From Mobula hypostoma (Eukaryota), in the NCBI RefSeq assembly GCF_963921235.1, contig NC_086097.1:106828001-106892000 (forward strand): 64,000 bases of DNA, in the 5' to 3' direction. A model generated the notes under the pieces. That model saw only the letters and a program-made list of their open reading frames with translations. It made no database searches and was not told the DNA's origin. Below, one piece after another: positions 62,267 to 64,000 of the stretch. The translations under genes and the position numbers were made by a program. How positions within the stretch are numbered: the stretch's first letter is position 1; each line of letters begins with the position of its first letter.

Positions 62267-62497
62267 CAGGATTTCCAAATGATTGGACAAAGGATTATTA
62301 GAGTTTTATTGTAATAGAGGCTAGCTTTGGTCTTCACTCTTTTGCATTCTAACTGCCTCCCTCAAACAAATGACTTTATCAAAGACTTTATTTTCACATC
62401 CCTAATGTTAACAGAGATATTCCCTTTGTCCTATCCACAGTGCCACCTCACTCCACCCAACCTTCTCTGCAACTGAAAACTGGCTTGTTTTCACACT

Positions 62498-62580
62498 AGT
62501 TTTGATAAAGGGCCTTCAACCTGAAGTTAACTCTTTCCTCTTTCCACCGATGCTGAGAGCTTCCAGCAGTTACTGCTTTT
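62498..62580 (+). mobile_element. Ancient PLE pLTR/hammerhead remnant
   Basis: AGTT-TTGATAA-AGGGCCTTCAACCT-GAAGTT-AACT then gatgctg...ttccagca. Confidence 0.55.
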
Positions 62581-63759
62581 AGTCCTGCCATTAGGTGTTG
62601 ATGGTCCATTAGAACATATTGATGGGAGGACTGACAGAGTGAGACAGAAGGGACCAATGCTGGTTATAATGGCAGAATGACAAAGGCTTGGTTTAGTTAC
62701 CTTCAATAATGATTTCGAGAAGGAAGGATAAAGAGTGGCATGGAGAGACAAGGATCCAAAGCACCAAATCAATTCTATGTATTGTGTCCACTAAAACTAA
62801 GTAGTCTGGTAAGATTGACATCTGATTTTACAGAACTAGATGTTTACATTTAAAGAACAGCAAACAATGCCATTACATTCAACGATGAGGTAGGGTGCCC
62901 ATCGTATACCTCTGCCTTCTGTTACACTAGTTCACCAGAATAACTGATCTATATATTATTGCTTAACTCTGAGAAGATGTTAACCAAGGTAAAATTAAGA
63001 AAGAAAGTAATAAGATAATGTTGGAAATATTAAGATAATATTTACTTAACTTTAACAGAAATTTTATTTCTTCCACTTTAGATTTCCTTATGCATACATA
63101 CATACATACATACACAGGAGAAAAATACTTTAAACTTCAAAAGAATCAAAATCCTAAAGTGTCATGAACACTACCCACTGCAAAACTAACCACAGCCTTT
63201 CATGTGTGGGATAATACATTACAGTTCAGGTGCAAATTTTGCTACTTACTCCTATCTATACCTAACCACAATAACAGGAGTTTGAATGAAGTCTGGTATC
63301 CATCCTTGTCTGTCAGGAACAGGCCCATTCATACTGCAGTGGCCAATGGCACATTTCAGATTGCAGCAAGCAACCCAAAGATAGTATGCTGGGGAGGAAG
63401 CTCAGAACACTGTCAAAGTTCCGTTTATTACCAGTCAGAAGCAGATTGCTGCCTTAGCGGCTCGAGCCTTAGGGCCATGATGACAGTGGTACAATTTTGC
63501 CTCAACCATTCAGTGTTCATATGATGTCTCAGCTCACAGGATGCCCATTATTTCTGCAGAGTAAGAATGTATCACCCTTGCTCAGGATGATGCCATTACT
63601 GATATTCTAAAAAGTGTTTTCATCTCCATTTGTTTCATATTTGTTACCTCAGGCTGCTGTACCATGTGTCCACTCCGCAGTCTTAAAAGACAACAGTCAT
63701 CCACCAGTTAGTAAGCAACCAGAGGAGATCGGAGTGTAGAAGGAGCATCAAGCAACCAA

Positions 63760-64000
63760 GCATGGTAGCATAACAGGGCACCAAGGTAGCGTACCAGGGT
63801 GGCATGGTAGCGTACCAGGGTGGCATGATAGCAGAGACATTAGCACAACACTTCATAGAGCCAGGTATAAGATCTGGGTTTGATTCCCAGCACTCTCCGT
63901 AAGTTCATCCCGTGACTTTCCTCCCACATTCCAAAGGTGTACAGTTCGGGTTAGTGAGTAGTGGTCATGGTATATTAGCACCAGAGGCATGACAACAGTT
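63760..64000 (+). mobile_element. tRNA-derived SINE with a tandemly multiplied head (runs off the window)
   Basis: GGGTTTGATTCCC B-box-like, TTTCCTCCCACATTCCAAAG motif; similar to the 17111 copy. Confidence 0.75.

Larger units (their letters stand above)
60908..62311. mobile_element. Possible Tc1/mariner-type non-autonomous element hosting the solo LTR
   Basis: TA-CAGTAAAACT ... AGTTTTATTG-TA imperfect short TIRs. Confidence 0.4.

Noticed and set aside
63092..63114. (CATA)n and other short microsatellites (3355, 15366, 49108)
   Set aside because: Ordinary simple repeats with no further structure.

Overview
Vertebrate nuclear DNA; the repeat content (CR1, V-type tRNA SINEs, Neptune-like PLEs, Rex1) suggests a shark or ray. 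The only host coding sequence I can support is a 159-nt minus-strand exon at 30443-30601 matching exon 2 of ZFPM2 (FOG-2). The rest of the window would then be intron 1 (right) and intron 2 (left). These introns hold a dense, often nested set of transposons: several CR1 LINE subfamilies (two near full length, with an esterase ORF1), Penelope-like GIY-YIG elements, Rex1/Babar and RTE LINE fragments, a full-length decayed Gypsy LTR element, a solo LTR, hAT-Charlie, Tc1 and Tigger/pogo DNA elements, MITEs and SINEs. The most notable non-coding signal is a family of minimal type-I hammerhead ribozyme motifs in the Penelope pseudo-LTRs. The two copies with intact catalytic cores lie in the sense orientation of the zfpm2 pre-mRNA. 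All family assignments come from motif recognition by eye, with no database search, and boundaries of old elements are approximate.
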